From Blepharisma stoltei ATCC 30299 (taxonomy: Eukaryota > Protista > Ciliophora): a stretch of 64,000 nt of DNA. Both the position numbers and the translations under genes were made by a program. The notes under the pieces were generated by a model. It did no database searches and was not told the DNA's origin. It saw only the letters and a list, made by a program, of their open reading frames with translations. This document shows positions 23,693 through 37,227 of this stretch, one piece after another. Every line of letters begins with the position of its first letter. Position 1 is the first letter of the stretch. The DNA lies in the NCBI GenBank assembly GCA_965603825.1, contig CBFDEM010000015.1:186001-250000 (forward strand). Direction: 5' to 3'.

Positions 23693-26600
23693 TTAAAGCA
23701 ATTGTCTTAGATTTTCTTCAATATCTTCAAGCCTAATAATTTCTCTTATGATTTTATTTTCCTTTTGCAAAGCTCCATTGATTTTTCTTTTTTTGTCACT
23801 AGATTGGTTTGCTTTTGTTACTAAAAACCAGCATTCTTTCGCATTAGACGAAATACTTCGAACAGCCAAGCTGCATAATAAAAGGGCTTCTTTTTGCAAT
23901 TTTTTTAAAAATTCTTCTTCACCCCCATCAAATTCTTTAGTTTTGCTGTAATATTTAATTTCACTATATCTTAAATAGCAAAGCTCTGCAGCAGGGCTAT
24001 AATGAAGATGGAACATACAAAAAGTATAAAATGCTGTGTACCATCTCATCTTATTTAACTTCTGTGGCTCTATCTCAGGGAACAAGCCTGCAGGGTATTT
24101 TTCAAATTTCAAGTCAAAATGTTCGTCATATGCAAAAGTCTTGAGGATTTTTATACAAATTTCTTTTATTGTTGGACTCATAGGAATTGATAAAATTTGA
24201 TAAAATTCATTGGATTCACAAGCATTATTAAGCAAAGCTTCTAAACAGTCAGCCAAAATAATTTCATCCTCTATAGTCAATAGCAATGAAAAGGCAGCAT
24301 GATATGATTTTTGAGGAATAAGCTGTGATAAGCAATGCTTAATTACGTCAGAATTTTCCCATTTAATTGTACAGGTGGAAAGGGTTGATAGGGCAATTTC
24401 TTTTTTTATGTCTGGGTTGTCAACTGCTCTATACAAGCTATCGTGGAATCTTAGCTGAAATCCTCCAACATGAGCCAAAGCAGAATTCCCTATATGTCTC
24501 ATCCATGGCCCTTTGTCGAAATCTTCTTTACTTTTATCGTCCATATCATATTCTAAAATAGCATCAATCCCTAGCAAAATTTCTTGTGATTTTTTAGGAT
24601 TTGTGTACATATATGACAGACCTTTTAAGTACTCAGTCGCTGCATTTTTGACTTGCAATAAATTCAGCATTGATATAGCAGTCTCAGTTTGGTTGGCATT
24701 TACAAGTGTTTTTGCTATATTAGGACATGAGCTGTTTGTCTGTAATGGTAATGAAAATAAAAGTCTCCTACGAGATCTGCTGACTATTTTTCGTACCCAA
24801 ATGCTTAATTGTACCACACTAAAACCTTCACGTCCTCCCAAAATATGTGGAGAATTTTCCAATATATAAAGACTGCTGATACTCAAAGGAAATTCATATT
24901 TAAACAGTAAAGCAGGAAAATAAGTTCTTACTGTATAAATTTCTTTGACTGGAGTATTCAATGTTTTTGACAGCAAAAAGACAGCATGCGATATCTGAGC
25001 TAAATCAAAAAGAAGCCTCTCATGGATCATTTCATTTAAAACTTCTCTTATTGTTGTAGTAGCTAATGCTCCTATTGCAATGAGATCTAAAATATACTCA
25101 TTGTAAGACCTTACTAAAGAATTGCAAGCTTTTCCTGCAAAAATCGACATAAATGGTGGCCAATAATTAACACTGTCAGGAAATTCCATCATTGCTAAAG
25201 GTGTAAATAATTTTTGTAATTTTATGACTTCTGATGAAAAAACCATAGGTGTTACTTTTGATAAGGACCGGGTAAGTAGCTGAAGCATATGATAAGGAAT
25301 AGGCTGACTTACGATTTTTTTGATAGCGTCAGGAAAAGACTTGTAAGCGCCTTCATCGAAAATTGACTGAAATCCTTTTCTTCATATTCTTGCTATACAC
25401 ATAGCGTTTTCTAGCCCTTCTCCATCACAATAAAATTTAAATTCGCTAATTTCTTTTTGGTCAAATCTCTGGTTTATTTTTGAGAATTTACAAGCAATTT
25501 GTTCGATTTTTAAACTTTTCGCTTCAATATGGCGCTTAGTTTTTCTTAATATCCCAATAGTGCTATTTCCTCTAATAATAATAGGGAGAAAGTCACCTAT
25601 TTCTTCAGAATAGGCACAGAAACTAGTAATAGAATAATCAGAAATTTGTATTAATTTGGCTTCATCAAGGATTTTAAGCAAAGTATTTGGGTCATGGACT
25701 TCATGCTGTATTTCATCTGAAATAGCTGGAGAACTGAACTTATAGTTCGGGTGTACATATTTTGATAGCACTTTTTCTAATATATTTTTAGTGAACCTCC
25801 CAGGTATGCAAATTCTTTCAAGCGCTGCTTTATAATGGTCCAATGAATTTTCAATAGTGTCTTGATCCCTTAGGTGCTCATACAAAAAGTCTGTGTCCCA
25901 TATGTAAACTTGTTCATATTTATTAGAAAAGCTTCAGACCTCTACCCTGGGAGAATTTTCCCCACTCCATACAGATCAAAGTCCTACTTCACTTATAGAA
26001 AGGTCTATAAGTTCTTCGTTTTCTTTTCCATTGAAATCAGTCACATATTTAATTTCAGAGTTTTCTACTCTAAATAGCGCAGCATGCCAATAGTTATTCA
26101 CTTTATACCCAACTGCTATACATGGGTTGCTTGGCACTGGCAGCCTGCAGAATTTGTACTCACCCACTCTCAGCTCGCTGCTTCCCAAATCAATTTCACT
26201 CAATAAAGCTGGCCTTTGTGTATCATAAAGACGTAAAAATCCCATGCTGCTTAAGCATATCAATTGGTTTTTTTGGATTTTTTCGACCCTTCATATTAAT
26301 TCTAATTTCTTTTGCTGCCTTAGCATATTGGAAAATGCTTTCAGCAAATTTGAAGGAGGTCCAATTTCAGTTATTTGGATGGGCTTGGTATAATGGTCTG
26401 CTACAGGTGGAGGCAATAATGCAAAGCATAAAGAGCCATTGGCAAGCCCAAAGCAAACATCGTCTTCTTCACCTGAGGCAATTAAGCAGAAGCTGACTGG
26501 CTCTATGTTGTCAAGAGAGTACCCAGCCATGCCTAGAAAATTCCTCCTTGATTTTAAAAAAGGCCAATTCTGCTTAAAGCAAAATTTGTAAACTTTTCCT

Positions 26601-26953
26601 TCAACGGTAGCCATGTAAAGAGCAAAAAAGTCTGAATTGACGTGAATGCCAATGTTTCGGAGTAAAGCGGATGGCAGGATAATTTTTAGCATCATGCTTT
26701 CTTCAAGGTTCTTGATTTCGTCAGGCTGGAAAACAGATTCTAGGTCTTCGTTAACAGCTCAAAAGATTTGTTCAAGCTCAACTTCAGATCCTGAGACTTT
26801 TATAAGTAAAAGTGAGGCTTCTAAGTAGAAAACTTGACTTCAAGACTCTCCTTCAGAATTGAGATGGCTGGATGAAGATTTGAAGTAGTCTAGGACATCT
26901 AAGTCATAAGTGGGCTTAGAAATAATCTCTTCTTTGTATGTCACTCCCGCCAT
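23693..26953 (-). CDS. NUP160: Nucleoporin Nup160/Nup120-like (1086 aa)
   Basis: One frame with TGA=W. Propeller segment ICLSSMGFLRLYD; C-terminal YHAAFSLLLTIED...DCLEALL, YTAFYTF...HYSPAA, ALLLCSLAVRSI...WF, IIRLEDIEE resemble conserved Nup160 blocks (recognised by eye). Confidence 0.72.
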
Positions 26954-27553
26954 ATATGTTTATTATATTAATATTGAAATATTATCATTAATATAATAAG
27001 CTAGCTTCCCTCTGTAAGCAAATAAAGTGTTTTGAAGGCTCAAACTGCTTTCTTTAGAGCCAATCAATATCAATTCAATACATGTTCGAAATTTATTTTA
27101 AAAAATTCTTAGAAGAGTTCAGATTCTCAACTTCTAAAGTAAACCTTCACCATGATGTCGATGCGAATTGCAGCTCTAATAATCCTATTTTCAGCTTTGT
27201 TCTTCTCACCAAACAGATTTCTGCTGAGAAGAATAATTTTTCAACACTCATCAACATTAAGCAAAAACTCACAGAATAATTCTTCATACTTTGGAGCGAA
27301 AACGCCATTAGATCCTCAAAAGATTATATGGAGAGAATTTAAATATTTAATCAGAAGCTGGCAGAGTCGGAATGGATACGATTACCTTCAAAGAGCTCTT
27401 AAGAAATCGGGAAAGATTAGATTCTTCTGGAATTAGAGACAAAAGAATCCTCAATTGAATAGAATTGGGCCTGCTTCATACACCTCGACTTCTATCAGCT
27501 CCACCATTTATTCTCTATTAATATAATAAAGAATTATTAAATAATCCAGTATT

Positions 27554-29257
27554 TTACACTTCTCTCAGTTTTATGAAGCTATCTACAACTTTTTCAATCT
27601 CATCTCCAATATTTATTTGTTTCCTTACGCTTTTTTTGTCAAGCTCATGCCATTCTTCCGCAATTTCTCTATTAGTTTCAATGCACGACAAATCTGCAGT
27701 CATAAAATTTTTATGTGAAAGTCCACCTAAAATCAAAATTTGTGACCCAAAAGCCGTCATACAGTGACCCCATCTCCCATCAGGCACTTGTCCTTCAATT
27801 TCCACATTTTCCCATAGCAAAAGATCAACATTAAACACCGATAAATCAGCAAGGCACGAGTCCCCATGACTTTGGAATAAATCGTCATTTCTTCCCCCAT
27901 ATATATAAATTTTTTGTCTTATTGCACATGCAGTATGACTATATCTCGGTATGGGAGGTTTCCCATTCCCAGAAATTTCAGTCCATATCAGTTTTCCATT
28001 TCTTATAAAAAGTCCATGAAGTTTATTGCAAGGTCTTCCGTCATCACTTAGCCCTCCAAAAAGATAAAACCCACTATTAGCAATCCTTGATGTCTGTTTT
28101 GTAAGAGTCGGTATTGAAAATATATTATAACTGTAATTATTTTTGATTTCCTCATCAAAAACTTCTGTAAGTGTCGCATGGGATCGAAAGCCTGGGTCTC
28201 CTTGGACCGCTACATCAGGGAGATACCATTGTTTTGTTTTCATGTCGAGTAAAGAAAGGTCATTTAATAAGTGTCCGTCAGGGTCCATACCTCCATATAC
28301 AACCATATACTTCCCCAAGCTTGAAGCTGCGTGATTTCTTCTTGAACTTGGTACATCTCCTGACCCTGGGTACTGCTGCCACTTCTGTTCTCCTAATGAA
28401 AAGAAATAGACTTTGCTTGTACATCTTCGAATCCCCAAATTTTCACTGTGTTTTGTGCTGCCGCCAAACATGACGAGCTTTTTTTTGTAAGCGATTAATG
28501 AGTGTCCCATTCTGCCTTGAGGAGGGTATTGGGCGTTTATATAAGTTCAAGTCCAGGTCATGATGTCAAGTTCTCTGACATCATTGTGTTTGACTCGGCT
28601 GAGTCCTCCGAAAAGATAGGCACGGTTATTTAAAATAACAAGTTGGGAACTTTCTCTGCTATTTGGCTTTGGGCCTGAGGTGTCTCTGATCGATCAATAT
28701 ACATAAGTAGAGTCTTGAGTTTTTTTGCGTTTTTGGAACATGCTTTCGTCAAGATCTACTTTTTCACCTGAGCGGGAAGAAATAGGAGATTCTTTGCTAG
28801 TGAAAAGAGTAGAAATCACAGGGTTGATGGCTGGAAGAAGCCATTTAGGGCTTTTTAGCAATGGGCTTGATAATTCATCCTTTTCAGAGATATTAGTTTT
28901 GCTAGTATTTGTAGGAGACTTTAGGGAGGGTAATAGTGGTTTTGATCTCCAGCTTAAAGTTTTAAGGAGGCCAAGGTTTGTCTGTATTTTTGGACTTGGG
29001 CCGGGAGAGCTCAAGGGGGAATTTTTTTCATTTTGTGGCGAAATTATAGTATGGGATTGAGATGTCGCCAATTTTGACTCTGGCGAAACATTATTTGACC
29101 TCTTAATTTGAACTGCCTGCAAGTTGCTTTGTGAATGCGGAATATGGAGAGTCGTCAGTTTCCTTTTGGTGATCAAAATTTGTGATTCGTAAGCAGGACT
29201 ATAGCGAACCAATTTGAAAGGAATAAGTGATGATTTGACATTAGACTTTTCGAGCAT
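27554..29257 (-). CDS. Kelch-repeat beta-propeller protein with Ser/Pro-rich N-terminus (567 aa)
   Basis: Repeated GG..W and P..R.xH Kelch motifs; two track ORFs joined through TGA at Kelch Trp positions. Confidence 0.9.
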
Positions 29258-29598
29258 TCTTTGAATTTATTTACTTTAATGAACTTTATTTATCTTAAAA
29301 TTAGTAAAGTAAAATGTCTGGTCATTTTGAAACGGAACACAATAATAGGATTAATTTAAATAATGTGTAATGACTCTTTAATTTATCCACACTTTTTAGT
29401 TAAGATTCTTAATTGCTAAATATTATTAGTAATGAATGCAATATTTATTTATCCATCAGAATTTCGCTTATTTTTCCTCAAAATCATCTGATCGGTCTAT
29501 TTCTTATATTTTTCGCATTTTATTCAAAAATGCCTCCTTCTTGTATATTAAAAAATGCATCAACTGATTAGCATCTTTATTTAAGAATAAACAAGAAA

Positions 29599-31824
29599 AT
29601 GCTTGATAAAAAATCATCAAGCTGATCCAAACTTGAATTCTCTTCATCTAAATTCCAGCTGCGATCTTTCTCAAAGCCTAAATCAAGCTACGGATTAAGA
29701 AGAAGCTTAATGGGGAGCTCACTATCTCATATGAATACATCTCCTCAAATCTATTCTTCAGCTCGATCCTTGCCTACTCCTTTAAGTCCTGTGAGGCCTC
29801 TAACTGCTCCTTCCTTATTCTCTCCTCGGCAGTCACAACAAATGTAATTCCTATTTAGTTTCAAAGTTGAAGGGATTTCTGAAAAACAATTGACGAGGAT
29901 CTATGAAGCCAAATGCAAAGATTTAAAAATTCTGCCAATCCCGGACCAAATGAGAAAATTCTTTGCTTTTTGTGAAAAAGCATTTAAGGATAGAAAATTT
30001 GATTTAAGGGAATGCGGAATTGGGCCGATAACCGCTGACACAATTGGGGAAATTTTGAGGAATAACTCGAACTTTTGTAGGCTGGAATTAGCCAAAAATG
30101 CTATTGGGGATGAAGGGATTAAAGCGCTGTTTAGTAATGTGATGAAAAATAACTCGCTGGTGCATATAGATCTAAGCTCAAATGATATTACACCAGAAGG
30201 AGCTAAACCGATCTTGTTGATGGTCACTAAGCATCCATCAATCATAAGTGTAGATATATCATCACATGAAGGGCTGCACAGGAATAGGCTCGGAGTCCAG
30301 GGCTCTGCTCCTCTGAAGATTTTATTGCAAAGGAGCCGGCTTTTAAATTTTTTAAATGTTTCAGGAACTTTCATAGGAGAAGGAATAATTTATATTATCG
30401 ACGGTCTACAAGGAAATACCTCACTTATTTCTTTGAATCTCGCCAAAAATAGCATTTCTGCTAAAAATATTGAAGCCCTTTGTAGGGCTATAATGGGCAG
30501 CAAGCTTCAAGATATCAACTTAAGTGATAATAAATTTGGAAACGAAGGGGCTGATTATATCTCAAAAATGATAGCAGGCGCCTATGATGGGCAAAGTCCT
30601 ATTAAAAAAATCGATTTATCGAAAAATGACATCACACATAAAGGCGCTTGTAAACTGCTTCTTGCCTTAAGAAATAATCCAAACATAAACTCTTTGAGTT
30701 TTGAAGGAAATCCTCTGACACATCTGATATCTCCAAGCTTGATAAATTTGCTTCTAAACAATTCTGAAATTAAATTCCTCAACTTAGGCTCTTGCCAACT
30801 GAAGAATGAAGGGGTTTATATATTCGCTGATGCCTTATCACGAAATAACGGCCTAAAAACCCTTATTTTAAGTAATAACCAAATTGAAGACGAAGGAGTT
30901 GCGCCAATTGCTGAAGGATTATTCAGAAACTATATATTGGTTTCTCTTGATCTCTCCAACAATCTCATCAAAAAAAATGGAAGTCTTCTCCTCGTAAATG
31001 CATTGAAAAACAACCAAACACTAGAAAAGCTAAATCTAAAAGAAAACAACCTAAAAGACGAGTCAGCCCAGTTATTTACTGAAGTATTAAGACTAAGGCC
31101 AAACCTTTTAAATCTCAATCTAGACTCAAACCCAATTACTACGAAATTCATAAAAGACATCAACGTAAATTTAAAAAGAAACCGATCAATTTTCCAGCAT
31201 GCACAAACCCCAAAACTTAAACAAGAAATCATAAGACTCCAACTGAGAGATGATGAGATTAATAGAGTCCATGAAAGAATTGAATTTAAGAAAAAAGAAC
31301 ACTCAGATATTACTAATAAATTAGAAAAAGTTAATCAGAAGTATTTAGAAATTAAACAAGAGGAAGAAGAAAAAATTTGAAAATTAAAGAGTGAGAGAGA
31401 AGATTTGAAGAGGCAAAATGTGGTTTTTAGCCAAGAATTAGAAGAACTAGCTATGGATGTAAATAGAGCGAGGATTGAAGGAGATAGAGAAATAAATGAA
31501 TGCGCTGATCAAATTGCGCTAGTGATTTCTGATACTAAGAAATTAGAAAAGAGAAAACAAGCTTTGAGAGAAGAATTTATGCTGAAGAGGAGCCAATTCC
31601 AGTCTTTAGTTGATCAACTAAATGAAGCTAACGAAAAAGTGGATTATGGGAAACGGATAGCTAAAGCTAGTCTTGATAACCTTGTACAGAAAATAGAAAC
31701 AATGAGGCAGGAAATGAATAAACTGAGCGATAAAAAGCCAGATAAAGGTGAAAAGAAAGCGACTAGAGTTTTGAGCCCTGATAACGACCCAAGAGCTATG
31801 GCAAAGGCAAGAATAAAGAAATAG
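29599..31824 (+). CDS. RNI-like leucine-rich repeat protein with C-terminal coiled coil (about 736 aa, one 15-nt intron)
   Basis: Many LxxLxLxxNxI..G repeats; ATG 29599 is in frame after removing intron 29844-29858; internal TGA=W. Confidence 0.88.
29844..29858 (+). other. 15-nt intron GTAATTCCTATTTAG
   Basis: GT..AG, A10, contains an in-frame TAA. Confidence 0.88.
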
Positions 31825-31843
31825 CTAATAATGCGTATAAATT

Positions 31844-32059
31844 TTATTTATCATTGTATTCTAGAGCGTCTATAATTTCATGCAATTCTTTTCCGATTTC
31901 TTGGACATTTGTAGATGCGTATTCTAGAGTCTGCATGATTTCGAATTTACAGTCTTCTTGTTTGAGTTCTTTTGATAAAAGGTTGACCATGTCTCTCATT
32001 TTGTGCAAAAAATCAATTGCTTTGTCTTCGACTACTTCGAGTCTCTGAATTTGTTCCAT
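31844..32059 (-). CDS. Small two-helix protein, Mediator subunit Med11-like (71 aa)
   Basis: IQRLEVVEDKAIDFL..M..LLSKE...VQEIGKELHEIIDAL resembles the Med11 pattern (RL..LE.IE..I..L...LSKE...V..V..EL..I..L); recognised by eye only. Confidence 0.5.
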   Translation of the reverse strand: MEQIQRLEVVEDKAIDFLHKMRDMVNLLSKELKQEDCKFEIMQTLEYASTNVQEIGKELHEIIDALEYNDK

Positions 32060-32116
32060 TTATATATAAAATTTATTAATGAAACTAAATTATCAGATAT
32101 ATTACGCTTATAGCAG

Positions 32117-35100
32117 TTAAGAAATAAACTTAGGCACCAATAAAGGCAAAATTTGAGCTCTTTTCACGATTTTTAACTCTTTTCATAAAAATGGCAGATA
32201 ATATAACAGAAACAGCAGAGCAAGCGATATAGAAAATCAGACTGTAAAATAAATAAACAAAGCCAGCTGGCCGTTGATAATGTCTTTTGTGTCACGATTT
32301 GCAAGTGTATAATCCTCAGCAAACTGTTTCCCTCCATTAGCTAATATAACAAAAAAGCTATACAAGTCTTGATTATTTAAAATAGACATGCCATAGGATT
32401 CAAGTATTACCAAATTCACTGCAGGAATATCCCCATAATTCCCAAAAGGTACAGTATGATTATTCCACTCAAATAGTCTAGCTTTCAATTCGTCTGATAA
32501 ATAGTCAAAAAGACTTGGACTTCACAACTGCTTATATCTGTACTTAAATTCTGAAATTAATTTAGGAAACTCTTTTTGAGGACTTGGAATAGCATAATAG
32601 TCAGGAAATAATATCTTTGCAGAGTCACTTGTGAAATTTGCAGAGAAATATCAAAGCTTTGCGAGGAGAGCTCTCCTTATAATAAAGTTCTCTAAAATTT
32701 CAGGCCTTGCAATTAAAGATGCTTCACAACTGCTATATAATCAAAATAAAGCTAAGGAGTAATAAAATAGACAAATTGCTACAAAAAACAATAGCCTCCA
32801 CCCATATCTTCTGAATATTTTGCTGTCCACTTTGTATTTCTTGCCATTTTTTATTTTGGTAAATTTGGTTTCTTCTGGCACTTCAGTTCCATGAATTTGC
32901 ATTAATCTTTCAGCAGCATTCTGCTGCAATGTAAAATAGGTCAAATAAACTGCCTTTTTTACTTTCCCCCAAAACAACTCATATTTAATTTTCACAAGAT
33001 AAGTAAAAAAATTCAAAATAACATAGCAAAGCCCAAAAATGCACATACCAAACAAAATAAAATATCTAACATTTTCACCAGATTCCCTTACCCTGCTCTT
33101 TTCGCAAGCAGAAAGCTCTCTCAAAGTGTTGTTAAGATAATCATAAGTAAAAGTGAGACTGTTCAGCCACAGAAATCTCATGCTATCACGATTGTAGGTT
33201 TGAGATTGGGCGAGGGTGTCTACTATTCTATATCCCTAAATTATCATCACATGTTTTTTATATAAATCAAGAGCTCTAATAAGATTGTGTTTTTGTAGTA
33301 TCGGGAGATCATCAAATGTCCACAACGGAATGATTTCTTTAGACACAATTCACGACGCATCACAATAGCTTCACTTATCAAGATCTGTGATTAACGTATC
33401 CTGAATCAAATCTAGCCCATTAATTGTGTCGTTTAAAAATTGTGTGTCTATTGCTAAGTTTAATGAACCAGGGTATTTTACTTCATAATATATATCATTT
33501 GAAATATCAGGCAATAGGCTGACCAAATATAAAAGATCATTGAAACGATTAAAGATGTTCATAGTATTTGTGTCAGACATGAACTGATAAACCACACTTA
33601 CTATTCCCACATTTAAAGCTATCATTGCTATAGTCTACATGAAATTTACTGAAAGTAATAGCACAGCTATAAACACTTTAATTGAATTCCCAGTTTTTTC
33701 GAGATGGTCAGACGCAGATTCTGTATATTTCTTACTCTTCATCGCAATAATTAGGCTTGTCTTATTTATTGCTGCTACAGAAGATAACCGATTTTCATCA
33801 ACTTCTTCATTGTTTTCATTTGATAAAGCAGTAAAAGATTCTTCGCCACGAGACTTTTCAATTGACCTCAAAAATCTTGTGGCGAATCTTGAATTAATTT
33901 TTTCGAAATTTATAAAAGAATTAGTCGAGTCTCCACTGGTGTCTTTCTGCTTAACACTATAAATTTTTCCTAATTGTTCAATTTGTTCTTCAGATTTGCC
34001 TTTTCTTCATTTTTTTAGCTCTTCTTTTTCACTTATGACTAATAATAAATGAATTGATGTCGTCTTTATAGTTTTGACTAAACGGACAATCCCTATTTCT
34101 TTTCCATTATATTTCAAAAAGCGTGGCTCAAATAAAGGGAAATTGTCCATGCAGAGGCCTGGGAAAAATTTTGTAATAACTGCTCCTTTTAAATGCTGTT
34201 CTTCAATGCAAAAGAGATTAGGAATTAATGCAGAAAAACTCAAAATAATTCCTTTTTCAGTCAATAGGATTATCTGTCTTAATTTATTGATCGGTCTAAA
34301 GCTAGCAATAACATAAGGAACACAATTGAAGGTTGTAAATTTTAATAAAAGATTGCACTCAAATAGATGGTCTTTGTGATCTTGTAAGAAAAAATTATGA
34401 GGCACGTCTATTGTAGGGTTTGAGCAGTTCAAATAGAAATTCTTTATGATTTCGTTATGATTATCGCTAAATGGCTTAGGAATTAAAGATGTAAAATTAG
34501 TACCTATTGCATCAGCCTTTTGCATTTTTAGCATTCTGGCAGCATTCAAGTTTATATAAGAAATCAATCCAAATGAGTCAAGACTTGCAGAGATGAGGAT
34601 TATTGATATACTTTCATCATAATCTTCTAGCTTTTTGTGGTAGCCAATCATTGAGTCTAGCGAGCTCATTTTTAGTTTTTTCTTTAAAATCATTGCTCCA
34701 TCTTCATGCTCTCCCATGATATTCTCTAAAAATGTGCCATATAAATCAAGAACTTCAGAATGCTTATTTTTTGCAAATAGAGACCCATATAGCGATTTCA
34801 AACTTTGTGTGAATATATCGACTTTAATAAACATATCAGTTAGAATGCTGATTTTCGGTGATTCAGAAATGACTTCATTTCATAAATTAAGTAAAACGTT
34901 GCACATTTCTTCATCTTTCACTTTAGCATTCTCAATATCTGCTAAATACTTTAGATAGTCTACATCTGGAAGTTCAGAACTTTTTTTCTCTAATTTTATG
35001 TTCGCTTTGCATTCTTGGATTTCTCCTTCTATGCAATTATGTATAAATAATGCTTTTGTGAGCTTAATTCTTGCAAGTCTTGTATCTTTTAAAGTATGTA

Positions 35101-36313
35101 GACAATAATTGACTTCTCATATCACTAAAAGTTTATTTTTTTGAAGCATTGGTTTTTTATAGCAATCTGAAAATAAATTAATGACTAAAATTTTATTTTC
35201 ATGGCTATCAGAAGTCAATAAATGTCTAACTGTCTGTTCAAATTTTGTTTGAGACTTAAAAGAAATTTTCCTGGGTGATAAAAGATCGCAGTTATTATAA
35301 ATTCTAATACCAACTATAATAATGAACAAAGGAGAAAGAACAATGGATAGAACAGTGATAATTGCAGCATTATCCATTATATATCCAAATAAGAAAATTG
35401 TCAGGACAAACCATATGCAAGAGACCCTGCATATTTTTATTATATTTTCGTAAGGGTTATAGTATGGGACTGCTTCTATTCACTTATAGCATAATATCAA
35501 TGTTATAAGGCAAAATATCAATTGGTAATTCGCTACATCTTCTCCATTAAGAAATACATAGCAAATGACCTGAGCTTCTGATAGAAAAACCATAAGCAAG
35601 TCCATATTAGAGTTTGCCCTTGACATTATATTTCTTTTTAGAAATGTGTGGCTAACATTAGCGCTAAAGAGCTCTACAATTATTGCTAGCACAAAGAGCA
35701 ATACTGAAAACAGAATACTTAATAATGATCCATGTATGCCCAAATCAAGCCTATTATAATCACAATCAGTATATTCTTGGACTTTGGTAATTTTAAAAGT
35801 CGAATACTTAAAAATGGTTCAAAAAAGAGTTTGGATTGGTATAAATCCTATATTTGAAAGTACAATTGCAACTTTAAATGCAATTCTAGTAATAAAACTA
35901 AATGATTTTTTACTATACCAATAAAAGATGCCACAAAAAATAAAGGCAGCAGTGCAAACACCAATAATGGATGAAAAACCTACAAAGCAGATATCAATAA
36001 TGCCAAAATATGCACAAAAGTTGTCTATATTTACGAATCGCAAATAATTCCATGGAGTGATTCATGTGTTTCAGTTATGAATTGGCATATTGTGATATCA
36101 AAAAATCGAAATCATCTGAAAGGTAATCACAGTGTTAACTATTATTTCAGATGTAAGCTGGCTTGTTAAATTGAATTTTGAACTGTATTTTCTTCTAAAT
36201 GATTTTGATAAAAATGTTATCAGATGTGCCTTGATGGCTAAAAATCAGCCGATTTCTTTATCACCTCGGTATTTTTGGCAATTTTTAAGTAGGGATATTT
36301 TATTTCATGACAT
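32117..36313 (-). CDS. Large multi-pass membrane protein with central PAS domain (tiny macrocysts TmcB/TmcC-like), about 1388 aa, two 15-nt introns
   Basis: Eight track fragments share one frame via many TGA=W plus introns 33635-33649 and 33236-33250. N-terminal TM cluster with PYYN motif, helical linker LYGTFLENI, PAS core GLISYINLNAARML...LIPKPFSDNH, C-terminal TMs. Confidence 0.82.
33236..33250 (-). other. 15-nt intron GTGATGATAATTTAG
   Basis: GT..AG, A10, in-frame terminal TAG; GTG rather than GTA donor. Confidence 0.8.
33635..33649 (-). other. 15-nt intron GTAAATTTCATGTAG
   Basis: GT..AG, A10, in-frame terminal TAG inside a TM helix that continues after removal. Confidence 0.88.
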
Positions 36314-37227
36314 TTAATGATTATAAAAATTCTTTTTTATAAGCAGAATATAGACTTCTAGATTGGAATCCTCCAATAGGTAATTTGATTATTCATATTA
36401 ATTAAAATTAAATTATACGGGCTATGAGTAAAATGAGCATCTTCAGCAAGACATTTATGATCATAATTTATGCGTGACTATAAAAAAGCTTTAATAATTT
36501 TTGATTATATTTAAATCTTAAAAAAAGAATAGAATAAATCGAATAAATTATATAAATAATAAAAAGCTTGAATTATTTTATTATACTCGATTTTATTCAT
36601 TTATAGATATTCTTTTTTTGTATTTTGCATTTTATTTTATATATTTTGCTCGCAACTACAGTTGTAGGAAATTCCCTTAACCTAAACTCAGTTAGAGGAA
36701 TTTAGTGTTCTTAGGTTTCTTAATCAAGAGAAGTGATATACAGAGAAATTTATATCAAATGGAACTGAAGTCAGCTGATAATCTAAGCTAAAATTTATAG
36801 TCTACTTTTACTAAAAACTTGGATATTTTTAGTTTTAAAAGTTTTAATAGGGATTTATAAACATAAACGTATTTTGTTCAATTGTATAATTATTGATTTA
36901 CGTTTATTAAATGGTTAATTTTGTCAAATCAATTGAATATTTAAAAAAAAATAAATAATTGTATACCTAATTAATAGGCGCTGCAGACATTCTTCGTGAT
37001 CTCAATTTTTATAATGCATATACTTTGACTATTAATAGCTGTATCTAGTTAAGTTATTTCCTCAAGCATGTTTTAATTTGCCAAACAAAATATATATCTA
37101 TTGCATTTATTACATAAAGCTTCTGACAAGGCCAAATGGCTCTAAATATAGAGATCTATTTTTTTCAAGCATAAAAATCTTTGACTTACAGAAGCTTTTT
37201 ATAACTCACACAATAAGTATATTCATT

